From: an uncultured Solirubrobacteraceae bacterium
Lineage (GTDB): Bacteria > Actinomycetota > Thermoleophilia > Solirubrobacterales > Solirubrobacteraceae
DNA length: 64,000 nt
Assembly: GCA_963737025.1 (NCBI GenBank)
Contig: CAVTRA010000002.1
Span: forward strand, 276,856 to 340,855
Direction: 5' to 3'
The notes under the pieces were generated by a model that saw only the letters and a program-made list of their open reading frames with translations, was not told where the DNA came from and made no database searches. Below, in pieces: positions 19,090 to 31,528 of this stretch. The number at the start of each line of letters is the position of its first letter. Position 1 is the stretch's first letter. Both the position numbers and the translations under genes were made by a program.

Positions 19090-20438
19090 CTCGACACCCC
19101 TCGCCCCGCGCCGGTACCGGGCGTGTCGGCGCCGGTGCTGTCGGCTGCGGCGCCTTGCAGCGGCATGATCGCGGCTTGAAACTCGCTCTCGTCGGGCCCG
19201 ACGCCCGCGACGGACAGCCCGTCGGGGGTGAACAGCTCGTTCGCGAGCGCGCGTACGGCGTCGATCTCGACCGAGTCGATCCTCTCGATCATCTCTGTGA
19301 TCGAGAGGATCGGCAGATCGTTCAGCACGGACGCCCCGAGTCGGCTCATGCGCGCACCGGTCGACTCCATGCCGAGGACCATGCGCCCCTTGAGGTTCTC
19401 GCGCGAGCGCACGAGCTCCTCCTCGCTGGCGGGGTTCTCGACGCAGCGCTCGAGCTCTGCCGCGATCACAGCGAGCGCCTCGCGCAGGTTGTCCGGGCGC
19501 GTGCCGACGTAGAGCCCGACCTCGCCCGTGTTCGCGTAGAGGTTGGAGAAGGTGAACACCGAGTAGGCCAGGCCGCGGCGCTCACGGACCTCCTGGAACA
19601 GACGCGAGGACGAGGTGCCGCCGAGAACGCCCTCGAGTACGCGCAGCGCGAAGCGGCGTTCGTCCGCGCGCGCGATCCCGGCCCCGCCGGCGCACACGTG
19701 GTACTGCTCGGTGTCTTTCTGTAGAAAGCGGGCGCGGGGTCGAAATTCAGGCTCGCCGGCGGCCGTGGCAGCGGCCACGCCCGACAGCGCCACGCGCCCG
19801 TTGGCAGGTGCAGGCGCACGCTCGACTGCGCGCGCCATCTCGACGAGCGCGTCGTGCTCGATGGAGCCGGCGGCGGCGATGACGATGCTGTCGGGCTGAT
19901 AGCGCTGGACGTGGAAGTCGGCGAGCTGCTCGCGCGTGACCGCGCCCACCACGTCGGCCGTGCCGATCACGGCCCGGCCAAGGGGATGGTCTCCGAAGAT
20001 CGCACGGCCGAGCACATCGAAGACGCGGTCCTGCGGGTCGTCTTCGTACATGGCGATCTCCTCGAGCACGACCTCGCGCTCGGCCTCCAGCTCGCCGAAG
20101 CGGGGATGCCACAGCATGTCGCTCATCACGTCGAACGCGTGCTCGAGATGTCGGTCGAGCACGCGCGTGTACAGCGACGTGGCTTCCTTATCGGTACCCG
20201 CGTTGATCTCCGCGCCCATCGAGTCGAAGATCTCGTCGATCTCCTGGGAGCCGTAGCGCTCGCTGCCACGGAACAGCATGTGCTCCAGCAGATGCGAGAT
20301 GCCCGCCTGCTCGTCGCGCTCGACGACCGAGCCGGTGGCGATCCAGAAGCCGAGCGCCACCGAACGCACGCTGGGCACGCGTTCGGTGACGATCCTCACG
20401 CCCGACTCGAGCGTGGTTATACGGTGCTCGTCGCTCAC
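19086..20438 (-). CDS. M16 (pitrilysin) family zinc peptidase
   Basis: Inverted zincin motif HLLEH (GISHLLEHMLFRG), INAGTDKE, SRLFQEVRERRGLAY; conserved position after pnp. Confidence 0.93.
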   Translation of the reverse strand: MSDEHRITTLESGVRIVTERVPSVRSVALGFWIATGSVVERDEQAGISHLLEHMLFRGSERYGSQEIDEIFDSMGAEINAGTDKEATSLYTRVLDRHLEHAFDVMSDMLWHPRFGELEAEREVVLEEIAMYEDDPQDRVFDVLGRAIFGDHPLGRAVIGTADVVGAVTREQLADFHVQRYQPDSIVIAAAGSIEHDALVEMARAVERAPAPANGRVALSGVAAATAAGEPEFRPRARFLQKDTEQYHVCAGGAGIARADERRFALRVLEGVLGGTSSSRLFQEVRERRGLAYSVFTFSNLYANTGEVGLYVGTRPDNLREALAVIAAELERCVENPASEEELVRSRENLKGRMVLGMESTGARMSRLGASVLNDLPILSITEMIERIDSVEIDAVRALANELFTPDGLSVAGVGPDESEFQAAIMPLQGAAADSTGADTPGTGAGRGVSR

Positions 20439-20455
20439 GCGCGAGGCTCTGCTGG

Positions 20456-22807
20456 TCAGTCGCGCTCGCGCCCGTGGCGCGGACGTCCCGAGCCACGCTC
20501 GGAGCGTGCGGGCCTCGAATCACGGCCGCGGTCGGAACGCTCGCGGCCATTGCTCGACGGCCTTCCACCCTCACGCGGCCCGCGTCCGCCGGCTGGGCGT
20601 GATCCGCCGCCTCCGGAGCCACCGGTGCCGACGCCGGCGAGCTCGTCGACCGACTTGCCCGCGATGTCTGGGTCCTCGGTCAGGCGCAGGCCGATACGGC
20701 CACGCTCGCGGTCGACCTCGACGACGCGCACGTTGACCTCGTCGCCCTTGTTGAGCACGTCCTCGACGCTGTCGACACGCTGCCCGGGTGAGACGTTGGA
20801 GATGTGCAGCAGCCCGTCGGTGCCCTTGGCGAGCTCGATAAACGCGCCGAAGGTCGTCGTCTTGACGACTTTGCCTACGTATTCGTCCCCGACCTCGACC
20901 TCCTTCATCATCATCCGCACACGCTCGACGAGCGCGTCGCCCATCTCTCCGTTGGCGGAGTAGACGAGCACCTGACCGTCGTCGTTGACGTCGATCTGCG
21001 AGTCGAACTCCTCGGACAGGCCCCGGATCGTTTCGCCGCCCTTGCCGATCAGGAGGCCGATCTGCGACGGGTCGATCTGGATCGTCTGGATCCGCGGCGC
21101 GAACTGCGAGAGCTGCTCACGCGGCGAGCTGATCACGTCGGCCATCTTGCCGAGGATGAACGTACGCGCGTCCTTGGCCTGCGTGAGCGCGTCGCGCAGG
21201 ATCTCGAACGTGACACCCGTGATCTTGATGTCCATCTGCAGCGCAGTGATGCCGCGCTCGGTGCCGGCGACCTTGAAGTCCATGTCGCCGAGGTGATCCT
21301 CGACGCCGGCGATGTCGGTCAGGACGATGTAGTCCTCGCCCTCTTTGATCAGCCCCATGGCGATCCCGGCGACGGGCCGCTTGATCGGCACGCCGGCATC
21401 CATCAGCGACAGCGAGGAGCCGCACACCGAGGCCATCGAGGAGGAACCGTTGGACTCGAGGATGTCCGAGACCACGCGGATCGTGTACGGGAAGTCCTCG
21501 ATCGAGGGCACCATCGGCGCGAGCGCGCGCTCGGCGAGCGCGCCGTGACCGATGTCGCGGCGCTTGACGCCGCCCATGCGACCGGCCTCCCCGACCGAGA
21601 ACGGCGGGAAGTTGTAGTGATGCCAGTAGTACTTTTTCGTTTCCAGGCCGAGCGTGTCGAGGCGCATCTCCTCCTTGAGCGTGCCGAGCGCGGCTACGCT
21701 CAGCGCCTGCGTCTGGCCGCGCGTGAAGAGCGCCGAGCCGTGCGCGCGCGGCAGCACGCCGACCTCGATTGAGATGTCGCGGATCTCGTTCTCGGAGCGT
21801 CCGTCGGGGCGCTTCTTGTGCACGGCGATGCGCTCGCGGATGATCGACTTCTCGAGCTTGTCGAACGCGAGCTGAACCGCCGCGCGGCGCTCCTTGGCGT
21901 GCGCGAGTTCGCTCTCGGAGGCACCGTCGCCGGCCGGCGGCGCGTGCTGCTCGAGGATCGCCTCCTCGACGGCCTTGGTGGCGTCCTGGCGCTCGAGCTT
22001 GTCCTCGACCTGCGTGGCCGCGTCGAGCGCCGCGCCATGGGAGGAGCGAACCTGCTCGAGCACCTCCGGGTCGACCTGGATCGGCGCGAACTCTTTCTTC
22101 TCCTTGCCGGCTTTGGCGGCCAGGTCGCGCTGCAGTGCGCACAGCTTCTTGATCGCCGCGTGGGCGATATCCAGCGCGTCGAGGATCTCCGCCTCGGGGA
22201 TCTCCTTGGCGCCGGCCTCGACCATCAGGATCGCGTCGTCGGTGCCGGCGACGATCAGATCCAGGTCGGAGCTGTTTTCCGCGTCCGGGAGCATGTCCGC
22301 CTCGGGCGGGTTGACGACGAAGTTGCCGTCGATCTTGCCGATGCGCACGGCGCCGACAGGCGTCGGCAGGGGGATGTCGGAGAGCATCAGCGCCGCCGAG
22401 GCGCCGTTCATCGCGAGGATGTCATAGGGGTGGACGTGGTCGATCGAGAGCGGGATCGCGACGAGCTGCGTGTCGTAGCGCCAGTCCTTGGGGAACAGCG
22501 GGCGGATCGGACGATCGATCATGCGCGCGGTCAATGTGCCCTTCTCGCCGGGGCGGCCCTCGCGCTTGAAGAACGAGCCGGGGATTTTCCCAGCCGCGTA
22601 CATGCGCTCCTCGACGTCCACCGTCAAGGGCATGAAGTCTGTGTCGCGGATCCCTCCCGCGACGGCTGTGCACAGCACCATCGTGTCGCCCTGACTGACG
22701 ACCACGGCGCCGGAGGCCTGCTTGGCCATCCTGCCGGTCTCAAACGAGATCTCGCTACCTGCGATCTCCACGGAGACCCGCGTAACGGCATCACTACTCA
22801 TATTCAC
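20456..22807 (-). CDS. pnp: Polyribonucleotide nucleotidyltransferase (PNPase)
   Basis: FKREGRP, FTRGQTQ, LESNGSSSMASVC, GDMDFKVAG, KH and S1 domains. Confidence 0.98.
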   Translation of the reverse strand: MNMSSDAVTRVSVEIAGSEISFETGRMAKQASGAVVVSQGDTMVLCTAVAGGIRDTDFMPLTVDVEERMYAAGKIPGSFFKREGRPGEKGTLTARMIDRPIRPLFPKDWRYDTQLVAIPLSIDHVHPYDILAMNGASAALMLSDIPLPTPVGAVRIGKIDGNFVVNPPEADMLPDAENSSDLDLIVAGTDDAILMVEAGAKEIPEAEILDALDIAHAAIKKLCALQRDLAAKAGKEKKEFAPIQVDPEVLEQVRSSHGAALDAATQVEDKLERQDATKAVEEAILEQHAPPAGDGASESELAHAKERRAAVQLAFDKLEKSIIRERIAVHKKRPDGRSENEIRDISIEVGVLPRAHGSALFTRGQTQALSVAALGTLKEEMRLDTLGLETKKYYWHHYNFPPFSVGEAGRMGGVKRRDIGHGALAERALAPMVPSIEDFPYTIRVVSDILESNGSSSMASVCGSSLSLMDAGVPIKRPVAGIAMGLIKEGEDYIVLTDIAGVEDHLGDMDFKVAGTERGITALQMDIKITGVTFEILRDALTQAKDARTFILGKMADVISSPREQLSQFAPRIQTIQIDPSQIGLLIGKGGETIRGLSEEFDSQIDVNDDGQVLVYSANGEMGDALVERVRMMMKEVEVGDEYVGKVVKTTTFGAFIELAKGTDGLLHISNVSPGQRVDSVEDVLNKGDEVNVRVVEVDRERGRIGLRLTEDPDIAGKSVDELAGVGTGGSGGGGSRPAGGRGPREGGRPSSNGRERSDRGRDSRPARSERGSGRPRHGRERD

Positions 22808-22900
22808 TGCCTTCCTGTTCCGCCCGTCGGTCGGCGGTCCGTTTCTTTTTCTCTTTTTTCCGAACCAACCGAGCTTAGCGGGTCGGCGTGACCGGCAGGG

Positions 22901-23368
22901 CTAGGAGACGGCGGCTGCCGCGAGGCCTCCGCGCAGGAGCTCGACCGGTGGCAGCTCGCCAGGTGAGGCGGCCTGGTAGCTCCAGCGTACGACGCCGTCG
23001 GGACCGGTGATCACGAGCGCGCGCTGGGGAAATCCGCCCGGATGCAGGACGCCGAAGGCGGCGCAAGCGGCCCCCTTTGGCTCGAAGTCCGACAGCTGCT
23101 CGCTGCCGACGCCGAGCTTGTCCTTGAACGCGCTCTGCGCCCAGGTCGAGTCGCACGAGACGCCGTAGAGGACATCTCCTCGCCCCTCGAGCTCACGGCG
23201 CAGGTCCTCGTAGAGCTGCAGCTGGTCGGTGCACACGGGGCTGAACGCGAACGGATAGAACACCAGCACGCTGGTGCGGCCCTGCAGGTCCTGCTCGGTG
23301 AAGCTCTCGCCGTCTGCGCGCGCGAGCTTGAAGCTCGGTGCGGCCGTGCCGGAGGCGATCACCGACAT
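22901..23368 (-). CDS. Peroxiredoxin/redoxin (AhpE-like)
   Basis: FYPFAFSPVC (PxxxS/TxxC peroxidatic motif), YGVSCDS, and RALVITGPDGVVRW. Confidence 0.85.
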   Translation of the reverse strand: MSVIASGTAAPSFKLARADGESFTEQDLQGRTSVLVFYPFAFSPVCTDQLQLYEDLRRELEGRGDVLYGVSCDSTWAQSAFKDKLGVGSEQLSDFEPKGAACAAFGVLHPGGFPQRALVITGPDGVVRWSYQAASPGELPPVELLRGGLAAAAVS

Positions 23369-23375
23369 TACTCTG

Positions 23376-23479
23376 TAGGACGGTCGTGGATCGAGCGATC
23401 CAAGGACGCAGCGAGCGTGGCGTGCTTGGCACGCGAGCGAACGAGGACGCAGGAGCGCGAAGCGTCCACGATCGTCCTA
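23376..23479. repeat. Palindromic REP/MITE-like repeat, copy A
   Basis: Terminal inverted repeats TAGGACGGTCGTGGA / TCCACGATCGTCCTA (1 mismatch). The 52-nt core (23401-23452) is 45/52 identical to 35289-35340. The right end includes the rpsO stop codon. Confidence 0.8.
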
Positions 23480-23749
23480 GCGGCGCAGGCCGAGCTCTTT
23501 GATTAGCGCGCGGTAGCCCTCGAGATCGTGGCGCTGCATGTATGCGAGGAATCGGCGGCGGCGGCCGACCAGCATCAGCAGGCCGCGACGAGAGCTGTGG
23601 TCCTTGTGCTGGTCGCGCAGATGCTCGGTCAGATGGTTGATGCGCTCGGTCAGAAGCGCGATCTGAACCTTGGTGTTGCCGGTGTCCTGCTCGCCCGAGC
23701 CGAACTTGGCGGCGAGCTCGCGCTTGCGCTCTGTTGTGATGGCTGCCAT
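23477..23749 (-). CDS. rpsO: 30S ribosomal protein S15
   Basis: [23 protein letters not shown]...[22 protein letters not shown]. Confidence 0.98.
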   Translation of the reverse strand: MAAITTERKRELAAKFGSGEQDTGNTKVQIALLTERINHLTEHLRDQHKDHSSRRGLLMLVGRRRRFLAYMQRHDLEGYRALIKELGLRR

Positions 23750-23801
23750 CCGCGGCACCGTAGCAGAAGCCGACCGCCAGACCGCCCAGGAAAGCGCCTT
23801 C

Positions 23802-25583
23802 CTACGGCAACTCCACCGCCGTTCGGTGCACCACGGCGTGCCGGCCCCGGCCGCGGACGAGCGTCAGCGTATAGCGGCCCGCGGCCAGCGCTCGCCTGGC
23901 GTGCAGCACGACCCGCCCTTTCTCGGCGGTGCCGCTGGCATAGAGGAACCCATGCCGTCCGAGCCACGCGCGCTCGATGCTCGTCAACGTGAAGGTCGTG
24001 GGGGTCGGGACCGGTCTCGAGGTGCATTTGGTCGTCTTCTTCGGCTTGTGGTGGACGGTCTTGGTCGTGGTCGTGCAGGTCACGAGGATGACCTGGCCGG
24101 AGGGGCCTTGCTGCCCAGCGGGACCTGTTGCGCCGGTTGGCCCGGCCGCTCCGCCGGCACCGGTTGCTCCTTGCCCGCCGCTTGCGCCTGAGGGACCTGT
24201 CGGTCCGGTGGGTCCTGCGTTGGCAGCGACGCCGGTGCCACCCAGTTCAATCGTCAGGTGTTCGCCCGGTTCGTTGTCGGGCACGACGATGCTCGCGGTC
24301 TTCGCCCCCGCGGCAGCGGGCGTGAAGCGCACGCTGATCGTGCAGCTCTGCTCGAAGGCGAGCGTGCGACCAGCGCACGTTTCGCCGGTGATGGCGAATT
24401 CGCCGTTGGTCGGCAGCGGGACGCGCCCGAACGAAAGGGCCTGCGCGCCGACGTTGGTGAGGACTACCACCGACACCGTTGAGGGCTGTGAGACCGTCTG
24501 ATCACCGAACGTGCCCCCTGCGATCGTCGCCTGGGGAGCGCTGAGGAAGAGTTCGGCGCTTTTTTCAGCTTCGCCGCCGGTTCCGCCGGCTATCAGCACC
24601 CGTCCGTCCGGCAACGGCGCAGCCACGGCATCAGCACGTCCGTGTCTGAGTTCACTGTCCGGCGTGGCCGGAAGCGTCGTGAAGGTGTCGGTCACCGGGT
24701 TGAACAGTTCGGCTGTCTTTTCTGCCCCCCCGCTCGTGCCGCCGGCGATCAGCACATTTCCGTCGGGGAGCAGGACGGCGACCGCGAGCGAGCGTTCGAC
24801 CTGCAGCTCGGTGCTCCCGACGGCCGCAAGCGCGGTGAACGTATGAGTGCTGGGATTGAAGAGTTCAGCGCTCTTGAGGGAGCCCCCTGCATTTTTGCCG
24901 CCCGCGATCAGCACCTCTCCGTTCGGCAGCAAGGCGGCGACTGCGCCTTCGCGTTCGACCTGCATGTCACCGGAGGCTGCGAGTTCCGTGAAGGTCCCTT
25001 CCTTGGGGTTGAAGAGTTCGGCGGTCTTCAAGACTCCCGTGTTGGAGCCCCCCGCAATCAGCACTTCCCCGTCTTGCAGGGGCGCGGCCACGGCGAGCTG
25101 GCGCGGTGATTGCAGCTCGGTTTTGCCCGAAGCGAGCATCGCCGTGAACACATCGGTTGCTGGATCGAAGAGTTCAGCGCTCTGAAGGACCCCCGAATTG
25201 AAGCCGCCGGCGACAAGGACTTGCCCGTTGGGCAGAGCGGCGGCCAGCGCGCCTGAGCGACCTGTGTGCATTTCGCCTTCTGCTCCGAGCTTTGTGAACG
25301 AGGCGCGCGCAGGGTCGAATATTTCAGCAGTCTTTTCAGAAGAAGGACCGGTGCCGGTGCCTCCCGCGATCAGAACGTCACCGCTGGGAAGCGCGGCTGC
25401 GGCCGCTTGTATGCGCGCAGATTCGAGGGCGGGCGCCGCCGCGAAATACGGCGCGGACCCAGCTGCGGACGCGGCGCTCGCCCCTGCTCCCAGGGCCGCC
25501 ACTGTGGGCGCCACGAGCAGGACGGCCCGCAGACGCCCGGTCAGGGTCCGCACGCGTGATCGTGTGCTGCTAGTGGCTTTCAC
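23802..25583 (-). CDS. Secreted Kelch-repeat protein with a choice-of-anchor-D-like Ig domain, collagen-like repeat and basic C-terminal domain
   Basis: Six G(D/Q/E/N/R)VL(I/V)AGG...AELF(D/N)P repeats, [20 protein letters not shown], and (G-X-Y)n [19 protein letters not shown]. Confidence 0.85.
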   Translation of the reverse strand: MKATSSTRSRVRTLTGRLRAVLLVAPTVAALGAGASAASAAGSAPYFAAAPALESARIQAAAAALPSGDVLIAGGTGTGPSSEKTAEIFDPARASFTKLGAEGEMHTGRSGALAAALPNGQVLVAGGFNSGVLQSAELFDPATDVFTAMLASGKTELQSPRQLAVAAPLQDGEVLIAGGSNTGVLKTAELFNPKEGTFTELAASGDMQVEREGAVAALLPNGEVLIAGGKNAGGSLKSAELFNPSTHTFTALAAVGSTELQVERSLAVAVLLPDGNVLIAGGTSGGAEKTAELFNPVTDTFTTLPATPDSELRHGRADAVAAPLPDGRVLIAGGTGGEAEKSAELFLSAPQATIAGGTFGDQTVSQPSTVSVVVLTNVGAQALSFGRVPLPTNGEFAITGETCAGRTLAFEQSCTISVRFTPAAAGAKTASIVVPDNEPGEHLTIELGGTGVAANAGPTGPTGPSGASGGQGATGAGGAAGPTGATGPAGQQGPSGQVILVTCTTTTKTVHHKPKKTTKCTSRPVPTPTTFTLTSIERAWLGRHGFLYASGTAEKGRVVLHARRALAAGRYTLTLVRGRGRHAVVHRTAVELP

Positions 25584-25718
25584 CGTCGCTCCTTCTGATC
25601 GTGTGCTTTAGATCCGCCGCATGCCACGGCGTGAGTCCGGCCCGCGGCGCGCAAAACGATCGCATACGCCACTCAGCGACTAACCCATCAGCCGCTCAGC
25701 CGATGCGGCGAAGCGGCG

Positions 25719-26609
25719 TCAGGATCCTGCCACGATCTCCAGCGTGCGCTGCACGTCGTGGTGCATCTGCTCTATGAGCGCGGCGGGGTCCTCGAAGCGA
25801 CGCTCGCCGCGCAGCCGGTCGAGGAAGTTGAGTCGCAGCTCGCTGCTGTAGAGGTCGCCGGCGAAGTCGAGGATGTAGGCCTCGATCAGCTCGCCGCGGC
25901 CGGTGTTGAAGGTGGGACGCACACCGATGCTGACGGCGGCCGCGCGCTCGCCGAACACGTCGCTCTGTGCGATGCACGCGTAGACGCCGTGACCGGGGCA
26001 GACGAGCGCCTCGTCGGGGACGAGATTGGCGGTCGGGAAGCCGAGCTCGCGACCGCGTTCGTCCCCGTGCACGACGGTGCCGCTCAGCTGGAAGCTCGCC
26101 CCGAGCAGGCGGTTGGCCTCGGCGACCTCGCCGGCGAGCACGAGGCCGCGGATGTGGCTGGAGGAGACGATCTCGCCGTCGACCTCGAGCAGCGGATGCA
26201 CGACGGTGCGAAAGCGGGTGTCGGCGGCCAGCAGCGGCGGGTCGCCCTGCGCCTTGTGGCCGAAGCGGAAGTTCTCGCCGATCGCGACCTGCTTGGCGTT
26301 GAGCGCGCCGACGAGCACGTCATCGATGAATTCGGCCGCCGAGCAGGCGGCGAAGGCGGTATCGAACGGGATCACGATCAGCTCAGCGACGCCGAGTTCG
26401 GCGACCAGCTCGGCCTTGCGCGCGAGCGTGGTGAGCAGCTTCGGCGTGTGCGCCGGCGCGACCACGGAGACGGGGTGAGGATCGAACGTGAGCACGCTGT
26501 CGGAGCCGCCGATCACCTCGCGGTGGCCGAGGTGCACGCCGTCGAAGGTGCCCACTGCGACGCTGCGCTCGGTTCCGCTCTCCACGTCGGGCAGGCGAGT
26601 GACCTTCAC
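25719..26609 (-). CDS. ribF: Bifunctional riboflavin kinase / FAD synthetase
   Basis: GTFDGVHLGH, GENFRFG, VSSSHIR, GRELGFPTAN, GVRPTF. GTG start at 26609. Confidence 0.95.
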   Translation of the reverse strand: MKVTRLPDVESGTERSVAVGTFDGVHLGHREVIGGSDSVLTFDPHPVSVVAPAHTPKLLTTLARKAELVAELGVAELIVIPFDTAFAACSAAEFIDDVLVGALNAKQVAIGENFRFGHKAQGDPPLLAADTRFRTVVHPLLEVDGEIVSSSHIRGLVLAGEVAEANRLLGASFQLSGTVVHGDERGRELGFPTANLVPDEALVCPGHGVYACIAQSDVFGERAAAVSIGVRPTFNTGRGELIEAYILDFAGDLYSSELRLNFLDRLRGERRFEDPAALIEQMHHDVQRTLEIVAGS

Positions 26610-26620
26610 GGCCCGACAGA

Positions 26621-27301
26621 CTATTTGGACAGCGACGCGAGCGCGCGGTCGAGTCCGATGAGCGGCGGATCGCGCCATGGCTCTCCGCGCGCGGGTGGAG
26701 CGACGGCGTCGCGGACGTCGAACGGGCCGATCGCCGTGCGCCTGAGCTCCAGGCAGTAGGCGTCGCCCAGATCGGCGATCAGCGAGCGCACATATGTGCC
26801 CGAGCCGCACTCGATCTCAAAGCCGGCGCGCGGCAGCTCACCCGGCGCGGGATCCTGTTCGCGCCACAGCTGGCGGAAGCGGTGGACGCTGACGATCCGC
26901 TCGGGCATGTCGAAGCGCTCGCCCCGGCGTGCGCGCTTGTACGCGCGCTCGCCGCCGATCTTCACGGCGGAGTAGATCGGGGGACGCTGACGCAGCTCGC
27001 CGGTGGGAAGCTCGGGCGGATCGGCGGGCACCCGACCGGTTCGGGTGATCTCGCCCTCGGTGTCGCCGGTGCTCGAGCTCGCCCCGAGCTGGGCGACCGT
27101 CTCGTAGCGCTTGGGGAGCGCCATCAGCGCGTCCTGGGCCTTGGTGGCGCGCCCGACGAGCACGAGCAGCAGCCCGGTGGCGAACGGGTCGAGCGTGCCG
27201 GCGTGTCCGGTGCGCACCCCGCCGAGCGAGCGGCGCACGGCGGCGACGACATCGTGCGAGCTCATGCCGGCGGGCTTGTCGATCAAGAGGACGCCGTCCA
27301 C
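26621..27301 (-). CDS. truB: tRNA pseudouridine(55) synthase TruB (short form)
   Basis: DKPAGMSSHDVV, GHAGTLDPFATGLL, PPIYSAVKIGGERAY, CGSGTYVRSL. GTG start at 27301. Confidence 0.94.
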   Translation of the reverse strand: MDGVLLIDKPAGMSSHDVVAAVRRSLGGVRTGHAGTLDPFATGLLLVLVGRATKAQDALMALPKRYETVAQLGASSSTGDTEGEITRTGRVPADPPELPTGELRQRPPIYSAVKIGGERAYKRARRGERFDMPERIVSVHRFRQLWREQDPAPGELPRAGFEIECGSGTYVRSLIADLGDAYCLELRRTAIGPFDVRDAVAPPARGEPWRDPPLIGLDRALASLSK

Positions 27302-27336
27302 TGCGCGTTCCTCTCCCCCGCCCGCGCGCAGCCAGC

Positions 27337-28371
27337 TCAGGCGAGCGTGGGAGCTACGTGCCCGTCCGGGGATGTGTGCAGCTGCGCGGCGATCGCCTCG
27401 CGCAGGAATGCCACCAGCTCGTCCGGCTCGAGCGTCGTCGAGAAGCCGGCGGCGCGGCGGTGGCCACCGCCGCCTTGCGCGCGCGCGATAACCGAGACAT
27501 CGACCTCGTCGTCGGTCGCGCGCAGCGAGACTTTGTGCTGGCCCTTGCGCGCACCGCTCGAGAGCTCGCGCACGAGCACCGCGACCTTCGTCCCCTCGAG
27601 TGCGCGCAGCTGGTCGATGATCCCCTCCGAGTAGCTCTCCTCGGCGTCGGCGCGGTCGAAGTCCTCGGCGGTGATCGCGGCGAGCGCCAGCTCGCCGGAG
27701 TCGAAGCGCTGGATCTGCCCGAGCGCGAGCGCCATCAACGTCAGCTTGCCCAGCGGGACCCCCTCGTAGAGCCTGCGGTAGATGTCCGGCACGTCGACGC
27801 CCGCTTCGATCAGCTCGGCCGCCATCAGGTGCGAGCGCGGCCCGGTGCTCTCGTACATGAAGCGTCCGGTGTCGGTGATCAGCCCGACGTAGAGCGCCTC
27901 GGCGACCGCCGGCGTGGGCTGCACGCCGAGCCCGTGCATCAGATCCCACACGATTTCGGCGGTGCACGAGGCGTCAGGCACGACGTGGTTGAGCGTGCCG
28001 AAGCGCGTGTTGTCGTGGTGGTGGTCGATGTTGAGCAGGTGCGCGCCGTCGCGCAGGACGCTCGCGGAGTTGCGGTCGATGTTGCCGCAGTCGAGGAACA
28101 CGACGGTGCGTTGCGCGATGTCGGCGGGCGGCTCGCGGATCAGGCCGTCGAGCGAGAAGAAGCGGTACTCGCGTGGCAGTGGCAGATCGGCGGGCGCGAT
28201 GAACATCTCGGAGTCCTTGCCGAGCGCGGTGAGCAGACCCTGCATCGCCACGAGCGAGCCGATGGCGTCGCCATCGGGGTTCTCGTGGGCGGCGAGCACG
28301 AAGCGCTCGTCGTCTCGCAGCCGGGCGAGAACGAGCTCACGCGTCTCTGCGACGGGCGGGATCTCGCTCAT
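27337..28371 (-). CDS. nrnA: DHH/DHHA1 phosphoesterase (nanoRNase/pAp phosphatase NrnA-like)
   Basis: HENPDGDAIGS, NIDHH, GLITDTGRF, GGGGHRRAAG; located between rbfA and truB. Confidence 0.9.
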   Translation of the reverse strand: MSEIPPVAETRELVLARLRDDERFVLAAHENPDGDAIGSLVAMQGLLTALGKDSEMFIAPADLPLPREYRFFSLDGLIREPPADIAQRTVVFLDCGNIDRNSASVLRDGAHLLNIDHHHDNTRFGTLNHVVPDASCTAEIVWDLMHGLGVQPTPAVAEALYVGLITDTGRFMYESTGPRSHLMAAELIEAGVDVPDIYRRLYEGVPLGKLTLMALALGQIQRFDSGELALAAITAEDFDRADAEESYSEGIIDQLRALEGTKVAVLVRELSSGARKGQHKVSLRATDDEVDVSVIARAQGGGGHRRAAGFSTTLEPDELVAFLREAIAAQLHTSPDGHVAPTLA

Positions 28372-28739
28372 GGGCTATCGATCTCCTCGATCAGCTCCTC
28401 GACGCGCAGCGCGCGGTCGGTCGTGTCGTCGTAGAAGAACTCGAGCGTCGGCGTGCGCTTGAGGTGCAGCTCGCCGGCGACGCGCGCCTGCAGGAAGCCG
28501 TGGGCGCTGCGCAGCCCTTCGAGCGTCGTCTCACGCTCGTCCGGGGTCGAGAGCCCACCCTCCCCGCCGGCAAGGCCGAGCACGCTCACGTACACACGCG
28601 CGTGGCGTAGGTCTGGGCTGGTTCTGACATCGGTCACGGTTACAAATCCCACACGGGGGTCCTTGAGATCTCCTGCTACGGCATCGCCGAGCACCTGCCG
28701 AATCGCCTCATCGACCCGGCGCATCCTTCCGGTGCTCAT
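28368..28739 (-). CDS. rbfA: Ribosome-binding factor A
   Basis: RMRRVDEAIR, KDPRVGFVTVTDV, LKRTPTLEFFYD. Confidence 0.95.
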   Translation of the reverse strand: MSTGRMRRVDEAIRQVLGDAVAGDLKDPRVGFVTVTDVRTSPDLRHARVYVSVLGLAGGEGGLSTPDERETTLEGLRSAHGFLQARVAGELHLKRTPTLEFFYDDTTDRALRVEELIEEIDSP

Positions 28740-28817
28740 CGTACCCTCCAATTCCCCGCCAATCCGCATCTCCCTGCCGGATTTCGCCCGTTTGCGGTAG
28801 CGGTGAGCGGATGGCGC

Positions 28818-31207
<2,390 letters not shown>

Positions 31208-31208
<1 letters not shown>

Positions 31209-31528
31209 CAGCTCACCGATTCTACGAGCTTGGGGTCGAGCGTCACCTTTGCGCGCAGGGCGCGCGCGATCCCGCCGCGACGCGTTGCGCGGGCAACGCA
31301 CTCGCTCACCGGCAGCTGGCGCTCGCCGTCGCGACAGAGATATGCGCCGCGGCCGGGCAGCAGGCAGGCAGGATCGGCGATCGCGCGCCTGGATGCGGGC
31401 GCGCCGGCGCCGGCTTCCGTGCGATCTGCGACGGCGATGCGCAGCAGCTCAGACTTCGGTGCGGTCCGCCCGCAGCCGACGCAGCGGCGCAGCGGCTGAT
31501 GGGCCTCAGGGCCCGGGCGCCGGGCTAT
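31208..31528 (-). CDS. ylxR: YlxR (DUF448/RnpM) RNA-binding protein, absent from the ORF track and without a canonical start codon
   Basis: My translation: ...HQPLRRCVGCGRTAPKSELLRIAV...LPGRGAYLCRD...CVARATRRGGIARALR...LVESVS*. It has the PxRxCxGC and GRGAY motifs and the classic position between nusA and infB. The 5' end shown is the in-frame ATA overlapping the nusA TAG. Confidence 0.85.

Noticed and set aside
26621-27967. 448-aa ORF suggesting a TruB fusion; likewise the extended ORFs over ribF, rnz and the isochorismatase gene
   Set aside because: The extensions are alternative frames of the upstream genes; recognisable domains begin at internal starts.
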